From: an uncultured Gemmatimonadaceae bacterium
GTDB taxonomy: Bacteria > Gemmatimonadota > Gemmatimonadetes > Gemmatimonadales > Gemmatimonadaceae
NCBI GenBank assembly: GCA_964637355.1
Contig: CAZWVG010000004.1
Location: forward strand, 1,517-65,516
Direction: 5' to 3'
DNA length: 64,000 nucleotides
In this document: in pieces, positions 60,816 to 64,000 of the stretch
Numbering within the stretch: the stretch's first letter is position 1
How the letters are laid out: every line of letters begins with the position of its first letter
Notes under the pieces: model-generated
Told to the model about the DNA's origin: nothing
Databases searched by the model: none
The model's input: only the letters and a program-made list of their open reading frames with translations
Program-made: the position numbers and the translations under genes

Positions 60816-63800
60816 TTAGAAGCTCTTGGCGGCCGCCCAATCCACGTCGCGCAGGACCCCTTCGAGCACCCGCACACGTCCGACCAGCATTCGCGTGTCG
60901 ACCGAGTTGCCGCCGAGGAGAATCCGCATCTCGGCACCTGGGCGGACCGTGGCGGGCAAGATGCCCACGACCCGTCCGTCGAGCGCCAGTCCGCAACGGC
61001 CATCGGGCAAAATCTGTACGCGAACGGTGTGCCAATTCCCGGAAAGCCAGTCGTCGGTGGGCACATGCAGTAATATCCCGCGTCGAGACGTACTGAAGGT
61101 CATGCTCCCCTCTCCACTGCCGGTGCGCGACTCCTCCGGGTACCCGAAGTCGCACACGAAGGAACGGACACGAAAGTCGGGAACCGCGTTCGCTCCGGCA
61201 TTAAAGCTGAAGGGCAACGTATCGACGTCCTGCCGAATGCCGACGCCGAAGATCTGCCACTGCGCGCGCGTCACCGGAGTCGATACCTCGAGTTCGACTG
61301 CGAGACCATGGCGGCCGTCGAACGTGGGCCTCGATAGCGCCGAGCTCGAGAAGCGTCCCTCCCCGTTGTTGAAGAACGCTCGGCGACCAGTGGAAGCCTC
61401 CACCACCACAGGCAGTGGCTTGCCGAACCGCATCCAGCGATCCAACCATGACGCGCTCCACGTCTCATCGAGCCTAACAACGGCGGAATCCGTCGTGACA
61501 CGAAGACGGATGGAATCGCGCGTGACGCCGCCCACGTCCGCCCGCACGACCAGCTCCGACGACGCTCCGCGGGCGACGACGATGCCGGTGAGTGAATCGA
61601 CCGTCCCGGCAGCGGTATCTTCGAGCGACCACCGAATGCTGCCGCGAAACGGGAGCACCCGGTCGCGGCTGTCGATCAGCGAAGCGGAGAGGCGGACAGG
61701 CACACCGACAGGTGCAATACGCGTCGCGACCGTGTCGATGACGACGCGCGAGGGAGCGGCGGTCGCGGCACTCGCGAGCCACACGGCACCGAGCAATCGT
61801 CCGGCACTCTCGGGCACGCCAATTTCGCGGATGAGCGCCGGGGCCCCGAGGGGAAAGACTGCCGGCTTCGGCGGTCCGTCGGCCGTGAGGGCGCATACGC
61901 AGAAGACCCAACGTCCGTCTGAACTCACGCTGGTGAGTCCTCCGGCGTTCTCGGTGACGATGACCGACTCGCCGGTCGACCATTGCCAGACGCGAAGGCG
62001 ATTGAACCACCCTTCGGCTTCCTGCGCAACGATCTGTTCGTCGTCGATCCATCCGAGGGCGGCGAGACCAAACCCGGGAGCGCCTTCACGGCACTGCAGC
62101 TGGCGACTGGCGATGTCGATGACGCACAGCTGGTTCCGCGAGCGCCCCCAATTCGATCGCCCAGAGGCGAGATAGCGCCCGCTGGGTGACCACTTTGGCG
62201 GCCCGTCACTGGCAGGTCCGTCCGTAAGGCGGGTGACGGTGTTGTCCGCCAAGCGCACCATCGCGATATCGTAGTGGCTGAGGGTATCCCACCGAGCGGT
62301 CGAGAACGCGACGTATTCGCCGTTAGGCGATACGCTCGGTGATTCATTGTCGCCAGGTGCGGGCGCGATCGCGGTCGACACGCCCCCACGATCGTGTTGC
62401 ACGACCTCGATGTCGCCGTCTTCTCCGACGACTTCCTCGACGAACAGCGCGCTCCGACGCGGATCCCACGTGGCGGTGAAGGCATTCGTGGGCTTGAGTC
62501 TGAACGCTGCGCCCTCCCGCCACGGCGCCGACGCGAGCGGACGATACGGTGTCCAATCCTCCTCGCGTAGCGCCACTTCGCGGAATGCGCCGTTTTCCAA
62601 CGAGTCCGCGAAAATTAGCGCCAGGATGGCGTCGGGCGATGCGGGCGCAGGCTGCGCGATGGTCGCGTAGAGGAGGAGCGAGGTGGTCAAACCTCCAGCT
62701 GCAAGCGCCCCCGCCCGCCGCGCCCGCGACACCAACCCCATCCGCCACGTCAACGGCGCTCCCGACACCATCTCGGTCACATCGTCACCGCTCGCATCGG
62801 GCCCGAGCAGTTCGCGCGCCAGCTCCCGCAAACTCCGGCGATCTCCTGCAGCAAACTGTTGGCCGGCAAACTTCCTGAACAGCGCTCGGCACCGCGACCG
62901 CTCGCCACTCATCCGCAACAGCCGGCTCGCCCGCTGCGCCGACGCCTCGGTGATCGGCTCCATCTCCATCAACGCCCGCCCCACATCGGCTGCGCCCTTG
63001 TGGAAACTCTCCGGGCTCAGGAGCGACCGCACCTCCTCGAGAATCTCGTCGTGCGCCAGCGACCAATCGTCGTCCAACTGCACGACAAGCCCGCGCGCCT
63101 CGAGCGAGGCGAGTCGCCCGGCGGTGTCGGCGCTATTGGTGCCCGATGCGGCGATGAGCGCCCGCATCGGCAGCGGCGTGCCGGCGATCGCCAGGAGCGT
63201 GAGAAGCCAGCTGTCACCGCGCTCCATCCCGTCGAGCCGAGCCCGCAACACATTCCCGTTGTAGAGCGCCTCGCGCAGCTCACCCTGGCGCTCGGCGACC
63301 CAGCTCCCCCCCGCTCGCCGCAGCAGGGCGCGCTGTTCGAGCAGCTGCAACAACTCCAACGTGAGCAGCGGCGACCCCTTGGCGGCGGTGCACACCGCTT
63401 CGGCGAAGTGCTGCGCCCACTCCTCGTCAGGCAGTTCGGCGATGCTCAGGATCAACTCATCGACATTCGCGACGTCGAGCACCGGGAGCTCCACATGACG
63501 CGTGGTGCCGTGCGACATGGCCGGCACGCGCCGCGCCTCGGGTCGAGCGGTTGTCACGAGGAGGATCTTGCTGTCGGCGAGTCGCTCGATGAGCGCGGTG
63601 ATCAGCACGAGCGACGCCTCGTCCCACCAATGCAGGTCGTCGAGCAACACGGCGACGGGATGCTCGAACGAGATCGCCGTCGCGAGTTCGGCAATGGCGA
63701 CGGTGCGCGCCCGCATGACATCCTCGGGCGGGGCATGGCGCGGCGGCGCCTCGAAATAGGTGGAGAGCGACGGATTGAGCGCCACGAGGGTGCCGGCGGT

Positions 63801-64000
63801 CGCCGGGGCGATGCTCTGCTTTCCAGGGAGAGAACAAAGCCCCCCGGCAAGCTCGCTCGCGACGCCGTAGGCGATCTCGCGCGTGCCGATGGATCCGGTG
63901 GCCATCACGACCTTGCCACGCATCCCTCGAATGCGCGACGCCAGATCCCTCAGAAGTCGAGTCTTCCCGAGCCCTGCACGCGCCGAGACATGCATGTGCA
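60816..64000 (-). CDS. AAA_16-type ATPase / TM / PD40 propeller / Ig-like / LamG-like multidomain protein, 5'-truncated by the window edge
   Basis: Walker A 'ARAGLGKTRL' sits at the very first residues and the frame is open to base 64000. 'VAVLLDDLHWWDEAS' is Walker B-like, and 'SVSPNGEYVAFS' and 'KWSPSGRYLASG' are blades. Confidence 0.75.
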   Translation of the reverse strand, partial: HMHVSARAGLGKTRLLRDLASRIRGMRGKVVMATGSIGTREIAYGVASELAGGLCSLPGKQSIAPATAGTLVALNPSLSTYFEAPPRHAPPEDVMRARTVAIAELATAISFEHPVAVLLDDLHWWDEASLVLITALIERLADSKILLVTTARPEARRVPAMSHGTTRHVELPVLDVANVDELILSIAELPDEEWAQHFAEAVCTAAKGSPLLTLELLQLLEQRALLRRAGGSWVAERQGELREALYNGNVLRARLDGMERGDSWLLTLLAIAGTPLPMRALIAASGTNSADTAGRLASLEARGLVVQLDDDWSLAHDEILEEVRSLLSPESFHKGAADVGRALMEMEPITEASAQRASRLLRMSGERSRCRALFRKFAGQQFAAGDRRSLRELARELLGPDASGDDVTEMVSGAPLTWRMGLVSRARRAGALAAGGLTTSLLLYATIAQPAPASPDAILALIFADSLENGAFREVALREEDWTPYRPLASAPWREGAAFRLKPTNAFTATWDPRRSALFVEEVVGEDGDIEVVQHDRGGVSTAIAPAPGDNESPSVSPNGEYVAFSTARWDTLSHYDIAMVRLADNTVTRLTDGPASDGPPKWSPSGRYLASGRSNWGRSRNQLCVIDIASRQLQCREGAPGFGLAALGWIDDEQIVAQEAEGWFNRLRVWQWSTGESVIVTENAGGLTSVSSDGRWVFCVCALTADGPPKPAVFPLGAPALIREIGVPESAGRLLGAVWLASAATAAPSRVVIDTVATRIAPVGVPVRLSASLIDSRDRVLPFRGSIRWSLEDTAAGTVDSLTGIVVARGASSELVVRADVGGVTRDSIRLRVTTDSAVVRLDETWSASWLDRWMRFGKPLPVVVEASTGRRAFFNNGEGRFSSSALSRPTFDGRHGLAVELEVSTPVTRAQWQIFGVGIRQDVDTLPFSFNAGANAVPDFRVRSFVCDFGYPEESRTGSGEGSMTFSTSRRGILLHVPTDDWLSGNWHTVRVQILPDGRCGLALDGRVVGILPATVRPGAEMRILLGGNSVDTRMLVGRVRVLEGVLRDVDWAAAKSF

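Overview
High-GC (roughly two-thirds G+C by eye) bacterial chromosomal segment. The gene content looks like Gemmatimonadota or Acidobacteriota: a PadR/ADOP-permease pair, many secreted peptidases, and giant PD40/LamG proteins. This phylum call is inference only. Bases 1-35.9 kb hold ordinary metabolism, signalling and peptidase genes. These include a partial GH57 gene, cysE, a PAS-GGDEF-EAL protein, an M19 dipeptidase, a FixH/cytochrome-c-peroxidase/GNAT operon, an AraC-linked CoA-transferase/hydrolase/CitMHS operon, a tannase, an erythromycin-esterase-like gene, a tricorn-like S41 peptidase, an S9 peptidase, an M24 peptidase and Uma2. Bases 36.3-53.2 kb form a defence island. A single-strand chain of ten genes is built around a type I R-M system (hsdM-hsdS ... 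hsdR). Three passenger genes sit between hsdS and hsdR: DUF429, a DUF262/His-Me GmrSD-like gene, and an AlbA_2/Schlafen-like gene. A GIY-YIG/DUF4357 gene sits in front, and an M48/DUF45 peptidase plus an HNH + UDG-superfamily cassette sit behind. A divergent two-gene module encodes a SeqA-N-like RHH protein and a large PD-(D/E)xK protein, with phased operator-like repeats upstream. The left island edge abuts a decayed Uma2 paralogue. Bases 53.4-64 kb hold secreted and outer-membrane proteins, an orphan DUF4268-type nuclease, and two convergent giant PD40/LamG proteins. I saw no rRNA, tRNA, CRISPR array, integrase or transposase. Window-wide, the non-palindromic octamer GCCTAACG is strongly over-represented. 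It sits inside ORFs in all four stop-free frames and uses otherwise rare codons. All family calls come from motif recognition by eye, since no searches could be run.
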